Shown here one piece after another: positions 48,696 to 61,087 of a DNA stretch of 64,000 bases. Origin of the DNA: Rhizophagus irregularis (lineage: Eukaryota); NCBI RefSeq assembly GCF_026210795.1, contig NC_089429.1, positions 5,642,001-5,706,000 of the forward strand. The letters run 5' to 3'. Below the pieces are notes generated by a model. It worked only from the letters and a program-made list of their open reading frames with translations, was not told the origin of the DNA and made no database searches. The translations under genes were made by a program, and so were the position numbers. Position 1 is the first letter of the stretch, and every line of letters begins with the position of its first letter.

Positions 48696-50243
48696 ATGAC
48701 ATGTTCAAAAATATTTTCAGGAGATTTACCTGAAATAACATATGATATCATAAAATATTTTAAAGATGATATCTCAACTTTATATTCATGTGTTTTAGTC
48801 AACAGATTTTGGTGTCGTTTAGCTATTCCATTATTATGGAATAATCCATTCTCAATTCCTACAAGAAATTGTAAATTTATTGAAACTTATTTACATCATT
48901 TAAATGATGATTTAAAAGCAAAATTGAATGAATATAAAATTAATGATAATATTTTTCCTCCAAATACACTTTTCAATTATACTATTTTTTTAAAACAACT
49001 ACATACAAGAAAAGTTATTTTTTCTATTGAAAAGTGGTCAAAAGATGTTAAAATTTTAAAACCCAAGAGTCGATCAATTTCAAATTTTAAAAGATTAGTT
49101 CATATGTCATTAATTCAAATCTTTATTGAAAATGAAGTAAAATTACATACACTTGATATTCAAATCACCAATTATAATTGTTATGATTCTTATATAGATG
49201 ATATACTTGATTTAATGTTAGAGAATCCCAATTTCTTTCATAAAATTAAAAATTTAAAAGTTTGTTTTATTAATTCCTCATATAATGATCATAATAATCG
49301 TATATCACAAATAATTAATTTACATCAAAATCTTAAAAAAATTATATTAGGTTATAAAAGTTTTCCTTTATATCAATCATTATTATTATCAAATGATTAT
49401 AATCGTACAAATACTTTAAATACAATTGTTTTTTATCATATAAATTTTAATGGTATAATCAATTTAAACAAAGTATTTGAACAATTGAATGGTTTAGAAT
49501 CTGTTCACATCATTTACTGTTATTCTTTATGTGCTGGATTTATTAAACAAATAATTAAATTAACTAAACCATTCAAAGTAAAATCTTTATATTTTGGTGA
49601 AAATTTTCAAATTGATGAATATATACATTTATTTTTACAAAAATTTGGTGATTATATGGAAAATTTTGGATTTAGATTTGGAGTTGATTTATTATCTGAA
49701 CAACAATTACTTGAATTAATTACAAAATATTGTAAAAATATCAAATTTCTTGATTTGATCATATCTGAAAATCGGATTGTCTATACATTATTCAATTTAA
49801 TAGAAAATATAAATCAAAATCTTAAATATCTTTCTATTACTATCTTAAATAATTCACAAGCTAGTGAACATAGTTCAATTATTTTACGAAATTTAGGTCA
49901 AATACTTCCTAACAAATTAGAATACTTAAATTTGGTTCTTAATATTAATATAGATGATTTTGAAATATTCTTAAAAAATTCTCAGGATACTTTTATTGAA
50001 AAGTTTTTGATTGATAATAGGGGATGTCGTGATGTTTTATCTTGTGCAAAAGAATATATTATGAAAGAAAAAAGAGTTAAATATTTGGCTATTAGAGATT
50101 ATAGAAATTATAATAAGATGGATCTGTATTTTTTGAAAGAAGAAAAGAAGGAATTTGAGTTATATGATATTGAAATTCAAAAATATAATGATTTGGTTAT
50201 TGGTAGTAAATTGAATTTTGTAAAAGAATTGGAGGATATTTAG
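48696..50243 (+). CDS. F-box protein with LRR/RNI-like C-terminal region
   Basis: F-box motif DLPEITYDIIKYF...LYSCVLVNRFWCRLAIPLLW; leucine-rich LxxLxL segments (CKNIKFLDL, NLKYLSI, KLEYLNL); intronless 515 aa. Confidence 0.85.
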   Translation: MTCSKIFSGDLPEITYDIIKYFKDDISTLYSCVLVNRFWCRLAIPLLWNNPFSIPTRNCKFIETYLHHLNDDLKAKLNEYKINDNIFPPNTLFNYTIFLKQLHTRKVIFSIEKWSKDVKILKPKSRSISNFKRLVHMSLIQIFIENEVKLHTLDIQITNYNCYDSYIDDILDLMLENPNFFHKIKNLKVCFINSSYNDHNNRISQIINLHQNLKKIILGYKSFPLYQSLLLSNDYNRTNTLNTIVFYHINFNGIINLNKVFEQLNGLESVHIIYCYSLCAGFIKQIIKLTKPFKVKSLYFGENFQIDEYIHLFLQKFGDYMENFGFRFGVDLLSEQQLLELITKYCKNIKFLDLIISENRIVYTLFNLIENINQNLKYLSITILNNSQASEHSSIILRNLGQILPNKLEYLNLVLNINIDDFEIFLKNSQDTFIEKFLIDNRGCRDVLSCAKEYIMKEKRVKYLAIRDYRNYNKMDLYFLKEEKKEFELYDIEIQKYNDLVIGSKLNFVKELEDI

Positions 50244-50462
50244 TATTAAAAAGTATAGTTGTTCATTTTCATTTTTCATTTTTTTCTTCATTTTTTTTTC
50301 TTTTTTCTTCATTTTTTTTTCTTTCTTTGTTTTATATTTTCGTTTATAGATTTAGAGTCAGTTGCATGATTGTAATTACTATGCTATATTATGTAATTAC
50401 CGTCTATTCATACAATAAAAAAAGTTTAAAAAATACAAATCAATGTCAGTTCATATAATAAA

Positions 50463-50690
50463 CTAGGTAACGGGGACCGTTGGAGCGTCCGAAGTATGTA
50501 ACATCGAATAAATTTTAAGTTATTTACGCGTTTACGCGTTTGCTGATCCCTAAAATTTCATAATTGTTATAATTGTTACGCCTGATCCTAAATTTTCATT
50601 TGTTATACACGCGGCGGTCGCGGCGTGACAGACGAATATTGCATTGTATCGAGTCTAACTTATAGTCCTACGCTACGCTTCGGACAACAA
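50463..50690 (-). mobile_element. Small Helitron/Helentron-like non-autonomous element
   Basis: Minus-strand CTAG|T at 50463-50466 next to a GC-rich ggac...gtcc stem; short inverted gtccgaag / cttcggac; internal short direct repeats; GC-rich against its flanks. Confidence 0.35.
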
Positions 50691-53193
50691 TAAATATTAA
50701 ACATACCAGGTCAGGGAGTTTTATTAATGATTAATAAAATTTTATTATCGCGCACTCGCCCACACTAATCAGGTATCGGGTATTTTTAAAATGTTGACTC
50801 TAGAGTCTTGTTTGCAGAATAACTCGATGATGCTCTCAATAATTTTTTAGGTTACGTAAACCTTTTACGGAAAAAAGATGGAATATAAAAAACGGATCGA
50901 CTTTTTTTTACAGGATTTTAGGACAATAACAGCAGGTTCAACTATACGTTGAAAGCAAAAGTCACGCGCAATATTTTATGTTGTAGATTTTATTAAGTCA
51001 AATTTCATTTGTCGTGAATCTCCTTTAAATTTCTCCGGTGTAACAATTTAATGACATTATCAACTGTTTATACTAAACTGATTAGGTTAACGGCATCAAA
51101 TCTAATATTTAACTTGCCTCTTTATTTTTTAAGGATTAACCTAATATTCTAGCGGCATGCGCCATCAAATCTTAATATTTATTAATCTTTTTTTTTTTAT
51201 TTATTTTATTTACATAAAAAAATATCAACAGTTCTTAATGATTCTTCCCATGAAATGTGATTATTGCCTTTATCAATCATTTCTCCAATAATTTCATCCC
51301 ATGATATTAACCTTCCCATAAAAGGTCAGACGACAAATAAAGAATTGCGGTACAGGTTTAATTTCGTTTTTCTTAAAATATCAAGATATACTAGTACTTC
51401 ACGAATGAATCAATGAAGATAATTTTATTAAATATTATGTAAAATATTATTAAAAAAAAAATTCATAAAGAATGTTCTTGGGAACGAAGTTGAATAAAAT
51501 TCCCCTATAATTATTTAAAAAAAATTTCTGCTTAATAAACGTCAAATATGAATAGGTCACTCAATACATGATATGCTGGTGGTCACTTTGAAACTGATTA
51601 ACTGATAAATAATAGGAAAAACTGTGATTACGTACAAAATAATGATATATTGTATATTTTAGACATGTATATGATATAAATTTATACTAAAACTATTTAC
51701 TGGGAATTTTACGATCATTTTAATTAAAAAACTTTATATGCTAATAAGATTCAATTCTAATTTGACCCTAGGATTTCTTAGATCTTTTTTGCCTTTGCTG
51801 ATTTTGGCCAATGATTTATTATTTCTTAAAGTAAGGTAAGCCCGCATCACGTTTATCTTTAAATACCAAATGGGCTTCCGCGTCCGCGTTACGTTTATAT
51901 TCAGCCGGTGCTGCATCTGCGCCAATAATGAATTTAAAAGAATCCTTAATATTAATATGAATAAAAAAAATAAATCCTTCTTTTAAAGTGATGATTTATT
52001 TACCCGCTAAAATAATAGTAAAGACGAAAATCAACAATAAACATTTGAATTTCATTATTGATTTCATGTGTATTATATATAATTTTAATTCGTTATTTAT
52101 TAATGTATTTAAAGAAATTTTCTCTCGTATTTTTCAAAGTGTTTATATAAGAAAATTTTTCTACAATAATACGTATACTAAATTATTTTATGAATTAATA
52201 AAGGCAAAGCGGTAAAGAAGACATACGAGAATATTTTTGCCACGATTTATTTGTTGTTTTGTTAACGAGGGCGAAGTAAAAGCGTACAAGAGTATTTTTG
52301 CCACGATTTCTACATTGTTGCCATGTTAAAATTTACAATTGAAGAGCAGAATCACTAAGTTAATAAAAATAAAATGCGAGATTTTGATGTTAATAATTAT
52401 TTTTTGCACAATTATCTGTAAAATTGTTGTTTTATTAACATTTTTTGCATTGCGCCACAATCAGAACGAACAATGCCACTTTAAATTAATAATGTGGAAA
52501 AGATGATTATTTTTTTTAAAAAAAAATAAATAAATCAAAATAGTAACTAGATCAGGAAATTCATTTCACAGCCAAATCAACAGAAAATGAATTCACATTA
52601 AAAAATAAAAGGTTATTAGACAATTTAATCATATCAACACGTAATTTATCAAAAGTATTTTGCCGATGATGATAATATTATTAACTTCCCATATTGAATG
52701 GTGTCTAGCATCAAATTTGGAAAGTTATTTGGACATTTATAAAAAAAAATTAGATGAAGGAATTTATAACGAGGAAAATTTTAATGAAAATGTGATCAAT
52801 TAAATTATTTGACTGTTATTATATTAAAATTAATGAAAACAGTACATTAGAATAATGAATTTCAAAATTACAATGATAGCAAATGTTGACAATATTATTC
52901 AAGAGATAATGATTTTAAAGAAAATCTTGAGTATATAGCGATGAGCGAATAAATTTTATTGAGAATATATAGTTCAAAAAAATTAAACGAGTCCAGAAAA
53001 TAGCTTAGTTATAGTAATAATTGTATATTCTATCCCTTATTATAAGGTAGTAATTATCCATCCCTTATATATTTACTTATCCATATGATCCCATTATGTC
53101 GAAACGTAATACAATAACTGCTGTTCGCTATATCGCCGATAAATTACGTAATAAATTTCTTTATTTGATTTTAAAAACATTTGATACATCTTT

Positions 53194-54926
53194 TTAAAAT
53201 TTTCTTGGTTTAATCCTAACCATTAATTCTGTACAAGCATTAATAAAATCAGAACTATATTTTAATGGAGAATTCATATCAACTAATTCAATATCATATT
53301 TTCTATAAATTAATATTAATAAACATTTTATTTCTATGATTGCCAATTTTCTTCCAGGACAAATTCTAATTCCTCCTCCAAATATTGGGAAAGTATTTTT
53401 TAATTTTTTCTTTTCAAGTAAATATTTATCACTTTCTTCAACTCTGTAAAATCTATCAGGATCAAACTTTTCAGGTTCAGTCCAATAATCTTTATGTTTC
53501 ATTAATGCGGAAAACAGCATTTGAAATCTAGTTCCTTCTGGCCAATCGTATCCTCCAACCTTATCAGTTTGAGTATTTAGACGACCAATAAAAAAAGCTA
53601 CAGGATAGTGACGATTTATTTCTTTGGTAACCGCATCGCAATATTCTAATTTATCAAGATCTTTATATGTTATTGGTCTTGTTAAGTCATTTTCGAAAAC
53701 TCTATCAAATTCTTGTCTCAATCGTTGCTTCACTTCTGGATAATGTTCAAGAGAATATATTATAAAGCAAATAAAATTCGCTGCCTATGATATTTTTTTA
53801 AAGAAATGAGATTTTTTTTTTAAAAAAAAACGATAGAAATTTCAAAGTACATATTTTTGAATAAAATAAAATAATTTTACTTACGGTATCAGTCCCTCCA
53901 AAGTATATTACCAAAAATTTCTTTATCAGTCATTGGTCTTAATAAATCAGCGTCGGCTTGTTTCAAAACGTTGATATCACGTGGTGTATTCGCGGTTATA
54001 TAAGACGTCAACATATCATGACGAAGTGGTTGATCTAATGGTGTATTTTCAATTTCAATCCTTCTTTCTTTAACAATGTTATATAATCTATCAAACAAGT
54101 AATCTTTATTTTTCAATAATTTCTTAACTTTTCCACGAATAAAAGGAAAATTATTACGAATAAATTTATTAAAAGTGTAAAAATAAATGAGTCCTTCCAT
54201 ATAAGTTTCGAGTGATTCAACAAAATTTTCAGAATTTTTTAATTTTTCATTTTCTTTTTCATTTAAAAGATTTTTATTATTGTTACTACTAATTAACATA
54301 TTATAATAACAAGTGATAGCATCATTTTTTACTCCAGTAGAGATTCTAAAAATCATTTCATTTGTAAATCTATGCATCCATTTTGTAAGGTTTAATTCAT
54401 AATCTTCACCAAGATTATTCCAATAAGATTCCATTTCATTCCATAATTCATTAGTCCATTCAATAGCTTGATAATTAAGATTTGAAGTTGATAAAGCTTG
54501 AGTAAAAAATTGACGATTATATTTCCAAGATTTATGATCATTATTAAATGCTATTCCTACACCATCAAATCCATATTCCACGAATCCTTCCGTATTAGGT
54601 TGTCTAATAGAATATTTAGTCTTTGTTGAAGGTAAAATCATATTTTCAATTAAATCGGGTTTACATAATACTATTAAACGTTGACCTGCTAAAATTATTT
54701 CATACATATCACCATATTTTTTTTGTAATGATAATAACCAATCATTAAATCCATATCCAATTTGTTGATAAGCGCTGCCAACGATTGGAAGTGGAAATGG
54801 GCCTGGTAAAGGGTTATGACGAGTAAAATAATGATAATAAAAACGAGTTACGTAAATAATTGAAAAAACTATTAAGAGAGAAATGATATCAGAAATTCCT
54901 AAAGATGAGAAAGTCGTAGTGATCAT
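53194..54926 (-). pseudogene. Cytochrome P450 (copy 2), frameshifted; exons 54926-53885 and 53784-53194
   Basis: Full P450 homology, but an 11-nt deletion at ~53900 (ata ctt t gga ggg act gat acc versus ata ctc gac gca tta ctc ggg ggt act gat acc) puts a TGA before the intron; exon 2 (EINR, PDRF, FGGGIRICPG) intact. Confidence 0.85.
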
Positions 54927-55486
54927 GTTTCAAAAAATATTAAAAAAAGGTGAAGGGAATTATAACTGATAATAAATTAAAAAAAAAATTTTTTTTTGGA
55001 TAGTAACGATTCTTATATATATAAAAATAAAGATGAAATTTTAATTAAAACTGACGTTTATGCAGTGAAGATAGTAATTTGAGTCGAGGAGATATTTTTG
55101 TCTTTTACTGTATCGATAGTTTACTACGCGGATAAACAAAGAAAAGTGCACAAAAGTAAATAAAAACTTTGAGATACTGCTTTTATACTTAAAGTTAAAA
55201 GGGGAAATGCCTAATAAAATTTAAATACCAAATTTCTACACCATACAAATACAGTATCCTATCGGGAATATTTAAACTACGGTACCCACGTATTATATCA
55301 CGTGATTAATCTAAGTGTCGAATTTCGGTAATTTCTCGGGCCGAAATATTTGAAATATTTCCGAAACTTAACCAAATAAGTTTTAAAGTTTATAAATATT
55401 TGCAATATTTCCGAAACTTAACCAAATAAATTTTTGTTTATTTTCTTTCGTTTCTTTGAAAGTCGAAAAAAAAAATGTCAGTTATA

Positions 55487-57000
55487 ATGTACGATAATAA
55501 ATTTTTACCAAAATTATCTGAAAATTTACTTGAAATTTTAGAAGATAATGAATTTTATGATATTACTATTGAAGTTGGTAATGATCCTTACGTAAAAATT
55601 TTTCGAGCTCATATGGTCATATTAAATTATCGTTCCCCTTATTTGCGAAGAATTTTATCCACTAACGCTAATAAAAATAAAAATGATGGAAGTCTGACAC
55701 ATATTAAATTACCAAATATTTCACCGGAAATTTTTCAAATGATTTTAAGGTGAGTAAAAACTTGACTTTTTTTTTAAAAAAAAAAAAAATAATTTAAAAT
55801 TTTACGGAAATATTCAATTTTTTTTTCGTTTAATATTTTCATTTTAGATATATTTATGGAGGAAGACTTTCTTTAGAGGAATATGATACTTCGGATATAA
55901 TTAAAATTTTGGTTGCTTCCAGTGAACTCAGTTTTGAAGAATTAATAACCCAATTACAATCATTTTTAATCGAAAATAAAAAAAATTGGATGGAACAAAA
56001 TTTTAACTTGATATATAAAACAAGTTTTGAGAATGATTCTTTCTTAAAATTACAAGATTTTTGTACAGAATTAATATCTAAAAAACCAGAAAAAATTTTT
56101 AATTCAGTCAACTTTATTTCACTTTCAGAAAAATGTGTGATTTCTCTTATTCAACATGATAATATTCAAAAGAATGTTATTCAAGTTTGGGAACATGTGC
56201 TTAAATGGGGTATCGCTCAAAATCCTGAACTTCCTTCAGATGTTTCTAGTTATTCAAAAGATGATTTTAATATTTTAAAAAATACTTTACAACAATTTAT
56301 TCCTTTTATTAATTTCTTTCATTTAACTTCTAAAGAATATTTAGATAAAGTATATCCATATAAAAAAATTATACCAAAAGATTTGCGTGAAAATTTATTT
56401 AAACATTTTATGGATCAGCAAAGCAATAACCCAGAACCAAAGATAATAATCAAGGAGACTAGTTCAAAAAGTATTGATTCAAAAATCATTACAATCCAAC
56501 ATGCTGAATTAATATCGAAATGGATTGATAAATTAGAAATCGCTGACAAGATGAAAAATTCATATGAATTTAAGTTGATTCTTCGTGGATCTCGTGATGG
56601 GTTTTCGCCTAGTAAATTCCATGAGATTTGTGATAATCGATCTCATACTATAACAATTATTAAAGTGAAAAATAGCAACGAAATTCTTGGAGGATATAAT
56701 CCGATCGTATGGAAATCTGATTATACATTTGGCGCTACTGAAGATAGTTTTATATTCTCTTTTAAGGATAAGGAAAATATTGAAAAATATATTTTAAGCC
56801 GAGTAAAGGATAAAAATTATGCTATAGCAAATAAGCCTGTTTTTGGTCCATCTTTTGGTAAAGGTGAAATTTGTTTATATGGAGAAAATTACAATCAGAG
56901 TTTTATTAATTATACTAAACGTTATGACAAACAAATTAGAGAACCAGCTTTTTTTTCTGTAGAAGAATATGAAATATTTCAAATCGTAAAGATTTATTAA
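55487..57000 (+). CDS. BTB/POZ-BACK-TLDc protein E, exons 55487 (or 55475)-55749 and 55848-57000
   Basis: Same motifs and intron position as copies A-D. Confidence 0.92.
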
Positions 57001-58394
57001 TATTTCTAATGATTAAACTGAAGGTATCAATGTACTGTAATATATATTCTTCATGATATATTTTTCTTAGAAATTAATGATATTTTGTTATTTTTAATAA
57101 TTACCATTTATGGACGGGATTTTCTGTTTAATAAATTCTATTGTTTGCTTATTAGTTAAATATATTATTTATTTATATTATATAATATACTTTTACATGA
57201 GTCTTAACGAAAGTTATAAATTGAAGTATTATTATTATTTAGACAAATTGTATATTTTTATTTTACTAAAATTTTTATTAAGAATGAAATAAAATATATT
57301 TTTGAAGGTGATAATTAATAATAAATTTCTTTAACTGTATTGTTAGTAACGCAATTGATTAAAATTGATTAAGTAAATTGAATTATCCCCTCGTTGTGAC
57401 TTCGCTCAGTAAAATCCATTTTGCATCAGAGTTTTCACTACCGGAACTGATAAATATATTTCTGTTTAATAATAGTAAAAACTTTACTATAAAATGAATG
57501 GAAACAATTCCGGTTCTCTTAATAAATGGACATGAAAATAATGTACAAATCTTTTATAATTGTCACTAATTTCTACATAATTTTCAAGTTTAAAATTGTC
57601 GTCGATTAATAAAATTTTATTAGTGCTCTTATTATACGCTGCAAGATTATAAATAAATAAATTTGGTATATGATTTAACGATAGGGAATAGGGAAAATAA
57701 ATAATAACTCTAAAATTGTATTTTCGACAGTAATTATTGTTAGTAGGACCTTATCCATTTATCGCTCAATGATTGTGAAGTTCACTTAATCTATTTATTT
57801 TTTGCATAATAATTTATTTTTTATCGTATCAAAAACTTTCTTCCGTGAATAAAAGAAAAAATAATAAAGTGTATAGAAAGACAAAAACCATATAAAAAAT
57901 TTTATCCGTTATTTCTGTAAAAACTCCGCAAAAAATGAGCCTGTCACGGATCCATTTAAATAATTCGATAAATTCCGTGATTCCGTGATATAAGTATTAT
58001 TTTATTTCATGGTGAGTTGCCTTTGGGAAAAAACCCCTAGGGTAATCTCCTGAAGCGTGTCACTCATTAAATTTAACATATGATCACTAGTTTTAACTAT
58101 TTTAAACTAAAATTAGAAGGCTGACCGGGAAATAAGTATAAACTCAGCTATTCGCAATTTTCAAAAATTAGTATGAAGGTAGGTTTTTAGTTCCAGAAAT
58201 ATGAGCCTTTTACAGAAAAAAAATAACAAATAGACTTTTTTTGTAGGGAAGAGATTAAGAAAAACTATTCATATTCATAAAAGGAGTTGATAATCATAAG
58301 GGTCAGGTGTTTTTGTATTTTTCGGAGCCGAAATTTACAAAATAAATCAAGAAATTGAATAACAGTTCAACTTTATTTCTTGAAAGTACTAATA

Positions 58395-58610
58395 ATGTAT
58401 AATAATAAATTTTTACCAAAATTATAAAAGATAATGAATTTTATGATATTACTATTGAAGTTGGTAATGACCCTTACGTAAGAATTTTCGTCATTTTAAA
58501 TTATTGTTCTCCTTTTTGTGAAGAAACGATTTAAGCAGAGTAAAAGTAAAAGATGAAAATATGCAATATTATTATAGATTGATATTTTTAATGATTGAAG
58601 ATGCAAATGT
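58395..58610 (+). pseudogene. Collapsed BTB-TLDc pseudogene (~200 bp)
   Basis: ATG, start of BTB (gatattactattgaagttggtaatgacccttacgta), jumps to ttaagcagagtaaaa...gatgaaaatatgcaata and a 3'-UTR-like taatgattgaagatgc; upstream region paralogous to the intact copies. Confidence 0.8.
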
Positions 58611-59278
58611 ACAATATTTTCACGCTTCTTTGTCACCAAGGAAATGGCAAGGATCATATAAAGTAACGTGAGTAACGTATTAAATGATTATAAGTCACGT
58701 GATATTCTAATTAAGAATTTAGGATTTTGGTTCTTATTTAGTTTTTAAACTTTTATTCATAAAAAAATTTGTGATTTAAAAAAAAAATCAAAAACGAACG
58801 TGACAAAGATGATCATTTAATAAAACAATAAAACAACAAAACACTAGTTTTTTTTTAAAAAAACTTTCTAACTAAAAAAAAATACATTTCCTAAATTTCT
58901 TTAACGATTAAAAATTTTTTTTTTTATTTAAATAAAATATTACATTTTCATATATCGAGAATGATTTAGTCACTCATTAACGACGTAATTTATCCTTGAA
59001 TATAAATATAAAGGTTTTTAATCGAATAGCAAATCGATCGATGTGATAATTATGACACATGATCCAGTCGATCCATATATCATACCTCCTTATAACTCAT
59101 GAGAATGCAAATTATGTATTCGAAAAGGTTTTTACAAGTATATATATACCCAAACTTTTTCACTTCTTTCAGATTTTTATTTCTTCATTAATAGAAAATA
59201 CATTCAATATAAAAAATTTTCTTTAAGTTGTTTTATTTCTAGGCGAGACTTCTGACAATTCTTCCTTGGATAATTAAT

Positions 59279-59404
59279 AGCCCTGTTCAATTCTAGACCG
59301 GATCGAATGACCGCAGTCAATTCGATCAATTACTGTAAGTTTGGTTTTCACCTCAGATATATTTTTTTCGATCCGAGAAATCCAGTCTAGAATTGAACAG
59401 GGCT
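59279..59404. mobile_element. 126-bp MITE, 3-bp TSD (PIF/Harbinger-like)
   Basis: Perfect 20-bp TIR agccctgttcaattctagac / gtctagaattgaacagggct, flanked by AAT on both sides. Confidence 0.8.
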
Positions 59405-61087
59405 AATATAACCAAAATAATACAAATAATGTCTGAAACTTTGGAAGGTCGACGTTACAGAGGTTGAAGATATATAAAATAATCAAGAATTTTCCACCAA
59501 AGATTTGTGAAGAGAGGCTAAGGATGCATTTCTGAAAGTACGTATTTTTATGGCTGTATTTATTGGCACGTGTAGGTGCGCGTCGCAGGGTTCACGAGCG
59601 GTTGAATAAATTGTTTGCATCCAAGAATACAGCAGAAGTGTGTCAGTAAGCATGGGTGGTTGGATGCGTGTACTACTAGTGGCTGCAGAAACTAGTAATG
59701 TAAATTTTTACTTTAGGTGATGGTCAAAACATGTATTTTCAAGGAAGGTTCTAAGTACTGTAAATTATTTGTTTTAACGTGATGTTTTTAACGAATATTT
59801 TTTTTAATATCTTTTTTTCTATTTATTAATAACCAATGAAATTACTCAAATTCTAAAAGAAAGAAGAACCCAATTATGTGTATATTAAATAATGAAACAG
59901 ATTAGCTTTACAAACAAATAATAATTAAAATGAAGACTTATATAGATATCATGAATATGCTACAATTATACTTCTACGTTATTCATTAATTTAAAAATAT
60001 TGTGAAATTGTATATTCGTAAATTAATTTGTGACAAACAACCAATAATATCACGTGACGCATAAAATTTTGCTAGAGCAGTGACGTATATTAGCTATATC
60101 AGTTCCTTACCCCCACCCCAAGGTAAGATTTAATTAGTATGTATACATATAATACTAATTTTAACCAATAAAAATGTTTAATTTTGTGTCATGTAAGATT
60201 TTGCTTAACCCACCCCCTAAAATTAAATATTAGCTAATATATATGACATCTTTAAATTAGATAGATTCAATGGCGACGTGATCAAGCTTTACTGTTCACT
60301 AACGTTTGATGACAATTAATAAATAATATCTCTTAAACGGCAATGCGGGCAGATTCATAGCATCATACCGTTAAAACAGAGTTATAATATTGTTAAAATT
60401 ATTCAGCCTTCGTGAAGGGAAGGACTTTCTTTGAACAGCTAAGTTTTTTGAAGCTCTGAAAGGTCAAAATTAATTTTTTAAAGTTAGTGATTACTGATAG
60501 TGCAAACCGATTGTACTAAATAATTGTTTTAAATTTTCGTGATAACCATAATATTGACAAGATGCAAAGATATAATTTAACTTATTTATTTCAGACATCA
60601 AATAACTAATCCGTTGCAGTATTTAATTCGTAACACCACATTATGCCCATATTTACAAATATTATATTCAATAGCCTAAATTTTCTCAAGTAATCTTTTA
60701 GTACTCTGGGTAAACCTGTTGGGTCCTGTCAAAAAATCGTCCGTCGGAAAATCGTGCCGTAACCCAAAGACTTAGGTGGTTTGTTGATCAAATAAAATAT
60801 CCTGAAACGATGAACCTTTAGGAGTTGGTCGAAATCGCCTTATAAGACTTAGCAAAAACAAAAGGAGATCAAAATTATAAATTACACTTTATTTTATTTT
60901 ATAAAATTTATAAACCTTTAATTTTAACCGCTGTTCGTGATATTGCCAATATATTACTACGTAATAAATTTTATTTTATTTAATTTTATATTTTCAATAA
61001 AGATAAAATATTTGACAAAAAAAACCTCAAAATAATATCATAAAATAAATGGAAAAAGTAACTTAATCTAAAAATAATGACATTTTT

